Shown piece by piece: positions 50,146 through 62,495 of a DNA stretch of 64,000 nucleotides; within the stretch, counting starts at the first letter, position 1; every line of letters begins with the position of its first letter. This stretch comes from Basidiobolus meristosporus CBS 931.73. Its lineage: Eukaryota; Fungi; Basidiobolomycota. A program made the position numbers and the translations under genes. The notes below the pieces were generated by a model, which worked only from the letters and a program-made list of their open reading frames with translations, was not told the origin of the DNA and searched no databases. Location: the NCBI GenBank assembly GCA_002104905.1, contig MCFE01000117.1:62001-126000 (forward strand). The letters run 5' to 3'.

Positions 50146-50535
50146 CTACTCTTCCTCCTCATCATAATATTTACGAGCCTGTCGACCATCGGGAGAAGCC
50201 GAACGTTCACGGTCGCCATTGTCCTGATTGATCTTGTCACAAGCATCAATCCACTCGCTGTACACATCTATGGGTTCACTGAGATAGTTGATCATGCATT
50301 GGAAACTAGCCGAGCAAATGCGACAGCTGAGGTGACCGATCTTGCTTTCCTTTTCGCTGAAAGGGAATGGGGATCAGAACTCGTGGTTACCTCAAACGCA
50401 GAAACGAGTGGTTTTGTTTACTTACAGTCGGCAGGAAATGGATTTCTCGTGGTTGCAAAAAAGGCAGTCGAATGTGGTATCTAGGACGACTTTTCTCTTG
50501 ACGGGTGCCTTACGAGTGGATTTGCGCTTACCCAT
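50146..50535 (-). CDS. ELF1: Transcription elongation factor Elf1 (exons 50535-50426 and 50356-50146)
   Basis: [26 protein letters not shown]|[40 protein letters not shown], acidic tail. Confidence 0.96.
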
Positions 50536-51816
50536 AGTATGGTGACTCGCGAAGTGACGGCGAGAGAAATAGCAAGTAGAGTTATTTTTGTTCCCGTCGC
50601 TGAGTCTTTCCTTTTATACTCTACATCTGAGAGGTTCAAAGGTTTTTCGCGTGAACAACCGTTGGTGAACATATTTGTATGTCGACACGTGACTTCGGAA
50701 GGAATTTTTTACATCACTGTTGTATTTGGGAATTGGTGGAAAAGAATGAATAACTGAACTCGTATTGACAGGCTGCCTTGGACCTATCAAGAGCAGGGAT
50801 AAGGTCAATGGCTCCGAGAATAGGCGCAGGCAGCTGGCAACCTCTGAGGCTAAGAATATATGCCAAATATCAGGGATGGGCTTTAAGGTAGAAAGGACGA
50901 AAAGACAGGCTTTCAGTTTACCTTACGCCCACGTATACGCTTTCAATTCAGCAGATCAGGACATTGCATATCGGTCACCAGGGCCTTGCCACTCAATAGT
51001 CAGCAATGCAAATTGTACAAATCTGCTACCTTTGGCGGCAGGCATGTGTGCACAAACGGGCGCGTATGTGATAAAGAGGTTGGTAGTGCTGGAATACTGG
51101 TCTCTCTCACTATGGTTGTGGTGGTGGGGAGGACTGTAAGCTCGCCATAGAGAATACAGTAACTAAGGATCCTTACGATCACATTGAAGGTTGAAGCTCA
51201 AAAGCATTCCAAACCAAGCCGTGAAATAGCTGGCATCCCTACATTTTATCCCTTATATTGTCTAGTAGAGTGATTCGTCTAGGCACCCCAATTACCATTG
51301 TCCATCATTGAATTTATTGTGTACTCTCTGGAATTGATTACAATGGAATGGAAATCATCTGCATAATGGCTAATGGTCATTTTGGTAGATGACGGGGCTG
51401 TAATTATGGAGATTCTATAGCCAATGCCGTCCAATGGGATACCACATGATGTACATCACATATCATCCATCTAGGAGCAACTGGCGATGCTTGTGTAAAT
51501 TTGGCTTTAGTTGTGACCAAAAACGGCGATAGGAACAAATTGCCAGCAGACCCAGGGGTGACGGCAACCTTAATACACGGACACCTCCCCCAATTTCCCC
51601 CAGTAATTGCTTCTTCACCTTGGTTTGCTCTATTCTCTAACTATCTTAAACCAGAGTTGACAAATTAACTTCTCCGTTGTTTCGCCCAAATCACAAGAAA
51701 CCCATATATTTCTTAAGCCGCTTTACTCCTCTAACTGTTGGAAAGCGACCTCTCAGTGATCTGCTAAATTCAAATCTTAATCCTCATTATCTTGCCCTTA
51801 CTGATACTTCGAAAAC

Positions 51817-52492
51817 ATGCAAGCAATTAAATGTGTAGTTGTGGGTGATGGGTAAGTACTACCTCACTTTGGGCTCTGAAAAAGCCCCTTGGATATCTTA
51901 TTGACTACTGGTTTTCTCTTGTTTAGTGCTGTCGGTAAAACATGTCTTCTGATTAGTTACACAACCAATGCCTTCCCCGGAGAATATATTCCTACTGTGT
52001 ATGTCGAATATTCTTAGAGCCCCTCCATATTACAGAAATACTTAGACGAATTTGCTTTCCTCTAGCTTTGACAACTACTCTGCCAACGTGATGGTGGATG
52101 GTAAGCCTATCAATTTGGGGCTTTGGGATACCGCTGGCCAGGAGGATTATGACCGCCTGCGTCCGCTATCTTACCCACAAACAGATGTGTTTTTGATTTG
52201 CTTCTCGTTAGTTAGCCCACCCTCCTTTGAAAATGTAAAGACAAAGGTATCCGCTCTAATACACTTACTCTCCCACTTGTATTCAATGTGTACTCAATAG
52301 CTAAGTAATGCTGTTTGCATATAGTGGTATCCTGAAGTTAGCCACCATGCACCAAGTGTTCCTTTAATACTCGTAGGCACGAAGCTTGACCTCCGTGAAG
52401 ACCGGGAGACCATAGAAAAACTTCGAGAAAAACGAATGGCACCCATCACATACCCTCACCATGATGCCTGCATCTTAGTTTTGTCAATTTGA
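51817..52492 (+). pseudogene. RAC1: Rac1 GTPase, 3'-truncated after PITYP (exons 51817-51851, 51927-51998, 52066-52246, 52325-52456)
   Basis: [40 protein letters not shown]..; homology ends at 52456, then 11 unrelated codons and TGA; no G5 motif or CaaX. Confidence 0.88.
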
Positions 52493-52649
52493 AGACCGAA
52501 AAAAAAAGATCGTACAGGGGTCTCATCAGGGCGATTTGGGCCCTATATGCGAACATGGGTGATTTGGGGATTTTTTTCTGGCAGTTAAATATAGTTGATT
52601 GATTGCCGAGTCATCTCTCCCTCTGGTTAGACAGAAGTAACAGTGCATC

Positions 52650-53415
52650 ATGGCACCTCCCAGAAACTGTATTTAGCATGGACAGGGAGAATCGTTTTTT
52701 GCGGATTTATTTTTACTCAACATGGTTATGTATTGAGTTAATTCACTAAACATTGGATGTTTCAAAGGCAACCTGTTCTTATGACGAGGCGTAGCATATT
52801 CTCTGGACATGAACGAATAGGACGGAAAATTGGGGTTAAAGCCACCTTTCAATTTTACCGGGTTTTGTTAATTATCTAGATTCGAAGACATATAAAGTTC
52901 CTAGACGCCCTTTCGAGAAAGAGTCATCGACCAAGAGTTGAGGATAATCGGTCAATACGGTTTGCGTAACAAGTGTGAAGTTTGGAGAATCGGCTACACT
53001 CTCCAATATCCGTCGTGCTGCTGGTGGGCTTTTAACCTTGGATCCCAAGGATACCAGTCGTTTGTTCGAGGGTAATGCGCTGATCCGTCGTCTTATCCGT
53101 ATTGGTGTTTTGGATGAATCCAAAGCCAAGCTCGATTATGTATTGGGTTTGAAGGTCGAGGATATCTTGGAGCGCCGTCTTCAAACCCAGGTTTTCGGAC
53201 TTGGCTTGGCCAAGTCAATTCATCACGCTCGTATTCTGATCAAGCAAAGACATACTCGGGTCGGAAAGCAAGTTGCTGATATTCCTTCCCTCGTTGTACG
53301 TTTGGAATCACAGAAACATATCGATTCTGCCTTGACTTCTCCACATGGTGGTGGCCGTGTCAAGAGAAAGAGAATGGCCTCTGCTAGTGAGGATGATGCT
53401 GAAGTTGATAATTAG
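52650..53415 (+). pseudogene. RPS9: 40S ribosomal protein S9 (uS4) pseudogene retaining its intron (52669-52879)
   Basis: MAPPRN|[15 protein letters not shown]; 1-nt deletion near 52925 gives an early TGA; 2-nt deletion near 53000; [18 protein letters not shown]; many non-conservative changes. Confidence 0.9.
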
Positions 53416-53769
53416 GACGATTAACGATATTCCATTTATTCCTCAGGTTTAATTGTATGATGTTTATCTTGGTTGTTTAATAAATGTTCAACTTAACACA
53501 AAATAATCAATTATTATATAATAGTAAGCAACATTGGAAGACGGCTCTGTTTATAAGATCTGGGCAACATGATTCTTCAGCATTCAATGCAATAACTACA
53601 GGAAATGCTTAGTCTCCCACTTGAGGCAAGTCAGAATGTCGATCACCATATTTACAATTTCATATCATGAGAACCAGCATCACCTGCTTTTATGCCTGGG
53701 GCAGTCATAGTTCATATTCGTCATTTCGCTCCTTTGATTCTTGTTTGCACTCTTCCCCTTCTCTTGGCT

Positions 53770-53967
53770 ATGTCCTTGACCGAAAAACTCTATCTCAAAT
53801 ATTATCAGTATGAATTGACTACCGCACTTTACATGTTGGAGCCCTGGGAGAAGGCCTGTTTTAATTCTATTGTCTTGATCGGGTTCTCGTTAGCACTCTA
53901 TACAGCGGTAATCTACATACCGGAGTACGCTACTTCTACGTTCACCAAATTGTCGGCATTTTACTAG
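53770..53967 (+). CDS. Serine palmitoyltransferase small subunit (ssSPT/SPTSSA-like), 65 aa
   Basis: YYQYELTTALYMLEPWEKACFNS matches the family signature YYQY..TALYMLEPWE; second ATG of ORF 53692-53967 preferred. Confidence 0.92.
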   Translation: MSLTEKLYLKYYQYELTTALYMLEPWEKACFNSIVLIGFSLALYTAVIYIPEYATSTFTKLSAFY

Positions 53968-54598
53968 AAGCTTCCTTGTAGATACTTCTGTCTCTTTAGA
54001 GACTTCGGCCAATCTTGCTGTTTTTTACATCAAGTATCGATATCTTTGAGCCAAGCAGCTCGCAACACGAAATTCGTATCTCAGTAAACTTTTGGTGGCC
54101 CATTGAGGGTTCAGCTTGAAGATCATATTTGAATCCCCTGAAACATGGAACATTTTGCATTAGGAGCCCACTGAGTGTATGATGTGGTACGTGTTTGGGT
54201 TGATTACCCAGTCATATGTTGTATATTGGTGTACAGGGGGTGAGTTAAAACCTGTAGCTAAAGGCTGTCTAAGCGAGTTCAGAATGACTCGAAAGACGGG
54301 CTAGTGCTTTGTTGGCTTGTTCTTGTTCTATATCTGACTGAATGCCCAGTTGGCTTCTACGGATTGCGCCACTGCATCCACTCTCCATGCAATATATTCA
54401 TCCAGACTACCTGAGGGATTGATTTTCAATCCAATGAGATGGACTGTAAATAATATAGATGTTGACAAAAAGCCGAGTTTCCTGGTAAATATGGATTCTT
54501 ATTCTTCCTATCCACTTGCACGAGCTGTGATTGGTTCTGAGGAATAAATCAACAGATCAAAAAGCCTAGCACACACCAGCTTGTTGACTTACATCAGC

Positions 54599-57530
54599 AT
54601 GTTTGAGATAGAAGAGGATTGGGATTTGGTGGACGAATTTCAAAACGGCGATGAGGTTCCAGAAGAAAGTGCAAAGAAGGTATAGGAATTGTAGGCGTGA
54701 AGTTTTGCTTTTTGGCGACTAATACTTCTGTTTAGACAAAATGGAACAGCAAAGACTGCACTTTATTTGTCATTGATTGCTCTCCTTCCATGTTAGAACC
54801 CAACGAAAATAAAGAAATACCGGTACATTCCGCCTTGAAATGTATTAATTCCATCCTTCTGGATAAAATAATTACGAGCAATTCCGATCTAATCGGAATC
54901 ATGTTATATGGCACAGTAACTATCGTTCCTCATATTCTTGGACGTTTTTGATTCCTGTACTTACTACATCTTATACGGGTAGGAGGAAACAAAAAATCCT
55001 GGGAACCTCGACAACATATATGTCCTCCAGAATCTGGAAAGCCCCGATGCGACCAATATCAAGCTGATCGAAAACCTTGTAAATAGTGAGTGCTATGTGA
55101 CTAGAGATGTGCACACCGTCAATAATATTCTAACTTGATGTCAAACCGCCCAGACTTCGATAAACTCAGGAGTACTGTTACCCCGAGTAAGACTGAGCTG
55201 CCCTTGGGGAACGTGTTTTGGGCTTGCTCCAGTGTTCTTTCTTCATGGTCAGGAATCGTACGACTGCCACCGTGTTATTCATGTCTACCAATCTGACTCT
55301 TTTTTAGCCAGAATGTTTCGTCTAAGAAAATCATGCTTATCACCAATGAAGACAACCCCAATCGTGGTAATGGTGTGCTGCAGAAAGCTGCGAAAACTCG
55401 AGCGAAGGTAGTTTACAACACCAAGTGTGCTTATGACGACGAACTAACGGGCTTCTAGGATCTGTACGATGCCCAAGTGGAGATTGAGCTTATCAACCTA
55501 GACAAGCAAGGGGGAAAGTTCAACTCTAGTTTGTTCTACAAAGTAATTGCGAAATAACGTAGTGTTTGCATCTTGAGTATTAATCCATTGGTATCTTGAT
55601 CTCAAACTACTCAGGACATCTTACCTGACCTTGAGGAAAATTGCGACATCTCACAAACCTCAAACCATTTCGAGAAGCTCTTGACCAGAATCAAGCGCAA
55701 AGAGGCAAGGTGTCGCTCAGTATTCACCACTCTTCTAAAGATCACCAACGGGCTGGAGATTGGGATTCGAGGGTAGAAATGTCAGTTGCTGGCTTACTAT
55801 GGTTGACGTAACTAATACTGTATGTTCAGTTATGCTCTGGTTGGAAATCAGCAAAAGGGCTCCTATCGATTAGTGTACATGAAATCGGAAACCCCGCAGC
55901 AGGTCAAAGCTATTACACACTGGTTATGTGCAGTAAGTTAGAGTCTAGTAAATCGTGTTGCTAGTGCGATCTTTGATCAGGCTTTCAAACTTCCCTCAAG
56001 GATACGACTCAGATACTGCAACAGTCAGATTTGAAATTTTATTATGAATATGGTGGAGATAAAGTAAGATACGGAACACTCGTTAGTCGATAGGAGTTGC
56101 TGCTCATATCCTCCTGCGATGCTAGGTTGTTTTCACCAAAGAGGAAATAGTGAACATGAAGAAGTTTGGTGAGCCAGGTATGGTAAAGTGTTGCGGGTAT
56201 AGCCAACGCTCGTGCTCACACAGCTCTAGGACTCCAGATATTAGGATTCAAGCCTCGCGATAGATTGAAGTTTCACCAGAACATGACACATTCATTATTT
56301 ATATATCCAGATGAGACGGTAGGGTTGCTCAACTTGGCGTTTCTCCAGCCCTGTATGTTAACCGTGTTCGATTATAAGCAATACACCGGAAGCACGTCTG
56401 TATTTACTGCGTTTCTGCTGAAGATGTGCGAGATGGACCAGGTTGCCATATGTAGCTTTATCCCACGCAAAAATACCGCACCTAGGCTTGTAGCAATGCT
56501 CCCGCAGGTAGAGGATATTTTCGTATATGTAAGGGAATGGGAAACCAACAATCTCTATTAGTTGGAGTTCAAAGATGAATTGGGTCAGAAAGCTCCGCCC
56601 GGATTTCATCTAATTCCTCTGCCGTTCGCGGACGATCTCAGGCCAGTCAGCGTCAAATCCGAGGAAAGAGGTAATGTAATGATGGCCAGTAATTTCTTGT
56701 TCACATCTTAACGCTTCTCTGTAGCATCTGAGTCTGATATCGATGCAGCCAAACAAATCGTCTCAAAGCTGCTTATCAAGCAAGGGTTCCATCCGAAGAA
56801 TTACTCAAATCCAGGTATCTAAGGCATGCTCTAAACGATCGTCTAGGCACACCAGCAATTGACACAAAGCTTCAGCATTACAAAGGCATTATATGAGTCT
56901 CCAGGCTATAGCACTCGAAAGAGATATTGAAGAAGCACCCATCGATTGCACGCTCCCTGATGTGCATATGATCCATGAGGTATGAAAATAGCACACCATC
57001 ACTTCCTCTAGCTCAGACCCCTGAACCGGCACAAATTTCCAGGAAGCAGGAGATGCTGTACAAATGTTCAAACAAGCTCTGGGCGTGGACGATTTCAATG
57101 AACCTCCTCAATCGTTGCCACCCAAGCGGCGGGTAATTTTTAAGGGCTTAGTAAGTGGACTTCTAGACATTTTTATTCACATTTATTTAGGCGCCTAACA
57201 ACAGTGAAAAACAAAACAAAAGAGCTAAAACAGATGGTGGAGATTCACAATCAGTCGAATCACTATATCAGCAAGGCAAGGTAAGGCTCTATGTTTCATT
57301 TTGAAGCCAACGTAAACTAAGCCTCTTCCCCACCGGGTGCGTGTTAGTTAAACAAGGTTAGTACTTGATTCACTTAATGGTGGTGGAAAGCCTAGACATC
57401 CTCATCCTATTCTGTGCAGCTTCTAAAGACCGATTTACTGGAGTACCTAGAGTCTATCGGGATTCACGGCAAAGGCACCAAGCCACAATTAATCGAGCAA
57501 ATTGAGAATTACTTTAAGTTACTTGAATAA
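54599..57530 (+). CDS. KU70: Ku70 DNA end-binding subunit, 19 exons, reading frame intact
   Basis: vWA domain (LFVIDCS, NIYVLQNL, KKIMLITNEDNP), core (ILGFKP, FIYPDE, PPGFHLIPLPFADD), C-terminal SAP domain; all intron phases checked manually. Confidence 0.96.
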
Positions 57531-58028
57531 ACATGAGATAATACATCGCGATCGCTTCACCCATCTAGAATACAACTACCCAACTCAAGCCTCTCTTAGC
57601 CTTGGCATCGCCATACAAACGTAATCTTTTGATGGTTTTATCTTGGCGGAAGGGCCGGGGACTACGCAGGACCGAAACGCAGAGCCCCGTTTATTGTACA
57701 TGTCTACCGCGTTCACTGCAAGCTGAGGAGCCCTTTCGAGGATATGCGTTGGAGTTCTCAGGGTCCCCTCATCTACATTACCATGGCCAGTACAGTGGTT
57801 AATTATTTACTGGATTCGTTTATTCAATGGTAAATTTAATATACTAAACTGATGCGATGGCTAGCCCATTCATATACTAGAGAATGTAGAGGTTACGCGA
57901 TACGTATGTTCTTGCAATACGATACTATCCTGGCTAGATAACTAAGGCCATATTAAACACAACGGTGGAAATGATGCGGGCAAAAGTACATCGCGTTTGT
58001 ACATGAGACAGAGGGTCGTAAGAAGTAT

Positions 58029-59740
58029 CTATTCTCCACTTAACCGAAGGTTCTCCAAGCTCAAGGAGGCAGTCTCATCAGGCTTTATACCGAAGTGCTT
58101 CACTTGCTTAACATGCTTCAGGACAAAGCTAACAGGCGAGTCGGTGGTCTCCTTTAACTGCTGATAGAGTTGCAATGGCTTCTCCTCGGGGGTAAGCACT
58201 CTCTCTGTTGCCGATAAACAAGCTTGTTAACAAACAGATCCAACAACCTCGCCAACAGAAGCTTACCAGTATTTCCAAAACATACTACAAGGCAATAATT
58301 CTTCCAATCATCATGAATTTTGTACTTCTTGAGCGCCCCTGCAATGACTTTCCGGCACGGGTCGTCAAGAGAGATCCGGAAGCTTTTGTAAGCCTCATTG
58401 GCTCGGTCCAGCATCTTATCACTGTATACCCGAATGGCCCCCTCACCAGCGCTCTCTAGATTATGAGGGCTATACCCGGGTGGATGCATATTATACTAGA
58501 TTCGAGCAAGGGCACGTAAGTCTCAGCATTGTTCGAGATGAGGACTTCCAAAACATCACTTACCACTGATCCGTTGTCGCTATAGGATGGCCGAGGTTGA
58601 GCGTACCCTAAATGGCTACCGGAGGAATGACTCTCACAAGGGGACGAGGGCGACGGTGGGGTGTGCGAGGATTCGAAGTGAGATCTCGAATTTGCGTGTT
58701 TGGAAGCAGGTAGCCCCGGAGATGTGTTTCCCGCGGGTTTGCTGTGACTTGAGCTGCCCAAGAATTTTGTGATTATAGGTGCTGGCCGTTTTTGCGACGT
58801 GCTTTGCTCCTTCTTCTAAACATTGAGGAGATTTAGCAAGCGAAGGTGCATAGAAAACCAGAAAACCCGCTACTTTGTCGGACTGAACCAATTTCCACAC
58901 GGGCCTTAGCTCTTCCCTCAAGGTCGCCAGGTCACTTGTAAGTCGTCCAATCTCTTGTTGTAAACTCTGGATCAACGCATCTATATGGGTGCTGGTTTAA
59001 CTACGCTCCTACTCTACGGTATACACCTTGCCTCTACCTCGATCTTTCAATGCGGCATGGAATCGACGGTACTCTTCAGAATAATTGCCGCTTTCGTCGT
59101 CATGCTTTTTTAATGGGAAGGGGTGGATTAATATCTGAGATTGAACAAAGCACCGCCAAGGAATGAAAGGGATATGCTTGTTTGCAGCCAAATATTGGCA
59201 AGAACACTATATACCCCCTGTCAGAAACCTACCAAGTCGTATTCCACGGCTTTTTGATACGTACGTATAATCAAGGAGAAGAAACAAGTGTTGTTGGACA
59301 AAAAGGGTAAAGAGTTAGTGAATGAACACGCGCGTAAGAGAACCCATCCAACTACTATGAAGCTGGGTTTACTCGTCTTGTAATAAACTGGAAATTCATA
59401 ACTTACAAGGAGGTATATAATCATCAGGCTCGAGAGGTATTTGATGTTCCGTTTTTAGTAGATAGATGGCTTTTAACAATCGCAAACGCTTTCCAACCGA
59501 GCGGATCGTCAATTCTTTCAAGGCAACATGATCAAGGTGTAGCAGTACAGAGCCAGTGATTACATTATCTGTGTGCAGAGAACAAAAAATGGGGTTCAAA
59601 AACAGCATGGTTAAATTACAGCAGAAAACGAATCGGATGACTTGAAGTTCACCTCGAAATGGTTTCTCATAGGCCTCGTAGCCTATGGTACACAGCCACT
59701 CGCACACTTCCTTTACTCCCCAGTTTGTCACGTAATCCAT
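58029..59740 (-). CDS. STE50: Ste50-like MAPK adaptor (SAM, coiled coil, Ras-association domain)
   Basis: SAM WGVKEVCEWL..ITGSVLLHLDHVALKEL..VGKRLRLLKAIY; RA YKSFRISLDDPCRKVIAGALKKYKIHDDWKNYCL..ERVLTPEEKPL; middle exons not fully resolved. Confidence 0.87.
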
Positions 59741-60742
59741 GCCTTTTGATCAGAAACTGGTAGTACGAAAATCTCCAGTGTACACTTGGTCCTGGCAACT
59801 TGATCGATTCTACGAAAACGAGAGGGTGGATGTACCGTATGAGTTGATTCTTTACTGAAGAAACGTCGTCACTAATTTGAAAAACGTGGGAAGAATAACC
59901 ACCCGGACAGTGAATTTTCTAAGCTATCGAAGCAAGGCTAGACCTGGGAATCATTACTTATGTGATGGTTCTCAACGCCAACCGGGAAGCAAACCCGTGA
60001 TAATCAGTGATAAATTTAGTAACAAAAAACAAATCCCAAGCATTTGACATGAATATCCGAGTTCTATAAAAAACCTTATCAATCCCTTAATCGAAATAAG
60101 AAACACTTAGAGACAGATGGTAATGATCATATTAGGGGGATCATCAGCGCTACTGACATTTGGTTCGGACCATCAGTAACCTTGATCTACATGTCACCAG
60201 CACCTGTTGAGAGACTCCGGCTTTAATGTATCTGCGAAGGAACACATAGCCCCCTACTCTCGGAACTTGTATAAAAAGTGCTCCCTTGGCTGTTGCTTTT
60301 GTCGTTCTCCGCCATCATGGTTGGCTGGTCCTTTTTCAATGGTTGTACACTTCTTGACCGTTATGCTTGTAGCAGGAAACACCAGGTGTAGAGCAACGAC
60401 AGGGCCGTCAACAATTGCTACCAAAACGCTGCTTCACAATACTTAAGGGTAGAGCTTCCATGTGATCTCATGGACAATGGCTCTGGGTCGAAGCAATCAC
60501 ATGTGCCCCATGAGCCCGAGCAACTCATCAGAGCCTGCACCTCCAGTCAGCAGGCCAATCCTCACCCAACACATTCCGTTGCCCCATTGCTGTTTGTCTA
60601 CCGAGCATCACAAATCTACATTGCATAGTATCCGAGTTCAGATATTGATGGTGGTATACAGGCTTTACTCAGTATGAAGGTGGACGTGGCTGGCAACGCG
60701 TATGAATATGAAGTGGATGCCTAGGTCCAAACCTAATGTCTA

Positions 60743-62495
60743 CTACATTATCAGGCAGCCTTTCCCAGAACCCTTTCGCAAGGATTCGTCATCGACTTTG
60801 CTTAGCTGCTCCAGGGCATCGGACGCTAACGATCCACCCAGTTTTGAAACCTCAATCAAGTGCTCTCTAGCCAAGTCCAAATCTTGGCCAACCCCGTTAC
60901 CCTCAAGGTACATCACACCAAGATTATACTAGATAGAGTGATGTGAGTCACCAAGCAACGTTGAAGTGATGTTCGACCATTGACCAAGCGGAGTCTTACC
61001 AATGCCAGTGGGAATTTCTGTGCAGCAGCCATTTTCCAATACTCTGCGGCAAGGATGAGATTCTTCTCCACACCTACACCCCCAAAGTAGTATTGGCCTA
61101 CGTTGTATTGAGCCTCAGCAATACCTGATGGAAGTAAGTCAAATGGCTCTCGTGCTCGATAAGGGAAGACGAAAAATACCTTTGACGGCTGCCTTTTCAT
61201 AATGTTCGAAAGCCTTCTCGTAGTTAGGCTGGTTATCGGTTGTCAGAGGGTCTTGTCCAATAGAGTAATAGTACCCAAGGTAAAAGTTCGATTGGGCACT
61301 GCCTAATCACCCATGGATTAATAGTAAGCCAATCTATGCCAGAAAGAGACGGGCTACGGTATTACCTTTCTCTGCAGCCTTTCGGAAATATTCTATTGCT
61401 TTAGGGATGTCTTGCTCCACGTGTTGCCCCAACCTATACATATCCGCTGTCGATGGTGATCGGGGAAAACTTCAATATTTGCTGGAGCCTAGAAGCGGGA
61501 GACTTCAGGAATTACCAATTTTCGCGTAAGCAACGTCCAGGTTGTTTTTTCCCGCGAGCTCTAGTAGCTCCATGGCCGATTTCACGTCTCTCCCAGTCTG
61601 AATAAGGATAGAGGCGTAATTGAACTGAGCATGGGGGTGACCTTTGATTGCAAGACGCTCAAAGATAGTGGTAGCACGTTGCACATCACGTTGCAAGCCA
61701 GTGATCCCTGATACACAATTAATTTGTCAACACCAGTATGTGGAAAGACATCGGGAGCCAAGCATGTAATAGAGATATCGACCTTTCAATAATAGACTGG
61801 CATAAGTATAGGCTGCGTTATCATCACCAAGCTCCATTGCCAGTTCGTACAGTTTCGAGGCAACGCCACTGGCGCCTTTCGAAAACAGGGCTTAGATATC
61901 ACCTGGATTGTCATAGAACATTGTTGCATTTACCCCGGGAGTGCTGCAAAACAGCGCTGGCTAAGTTGGTGAGCTCTGAAATATCATCCTTCTTGACAAC
62001 TACAAGAGGGGAGTGTTTGAGTTCGACTGCATTTCATTCTCAGTACCAAAACAACCGACTTTCTTGCACTTTAGATTTCACTTGGTCGACAGATGCCTCT
62101 TCTAAAACAGCATTCAACACCTTACGCTGCTCCACTTCGGGAAGATTCAATTTGTTGTTCTCCTTCAACATCCTGAGAACTTCGGGAGGTGGTAGAATCT
62201 CTTCAACCGTCAAAGGATTTGCCTTCTTCTCTATGGCTTCTTCGGGAGCCTCACTCTCATTGATTGAGTCCTGTCTTGAACACCCATCAATAATTGTCTT
62301 GGTTACGAAAACAGGTGAATCCAAAGGTGTGCTGTACTTCTCAATGGAGGCAAAAATCCCGCCCATGGCCTGATCTCTCTTATTCCAAGCTGGGTTAGCA
62401 TGATGAAAATATTTCTTGGGACTTGGCTTGTTGACGTTGACGATGGCCGGGAGAGACCGCCCTACCACTTTCGTGCTATGTAAAAGTCGAGACAT
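60743..62495 (-). CDS. Sel1-like repeat protein ending in CaaX (CLIM)
   Basis: Repeats GHPHAQFNYA, GIAEAQYNVGQYYFGGVGVEKN..AAEYW, YNLGVMYLEGNGVGQDL; C-terminus KGSGKGCLIM*; start could also be 62570. Confidence 0.87.

Noticed and set aside
50765-51182. ORFs 50765-51139 (+) and 51000-51182 (-) between ELF1 and RAC1
   Set aside because: No recognisable domain and no spliced model giving a sensible protein
57655-57700. Hammerhead ribozyme hinted by CGAAAC in a GC-rich stretch
   Set aside because: No CTGANGA core at a compatible position
51817-59740. Mating-type locus suggested by STE50, RAC1 and a ribosomal protein gene next to repeats
   Set aside because: No HMG or homeodomain factor, pheromone or receptor gene, and none of the Mucorales sex-locus flanking genes
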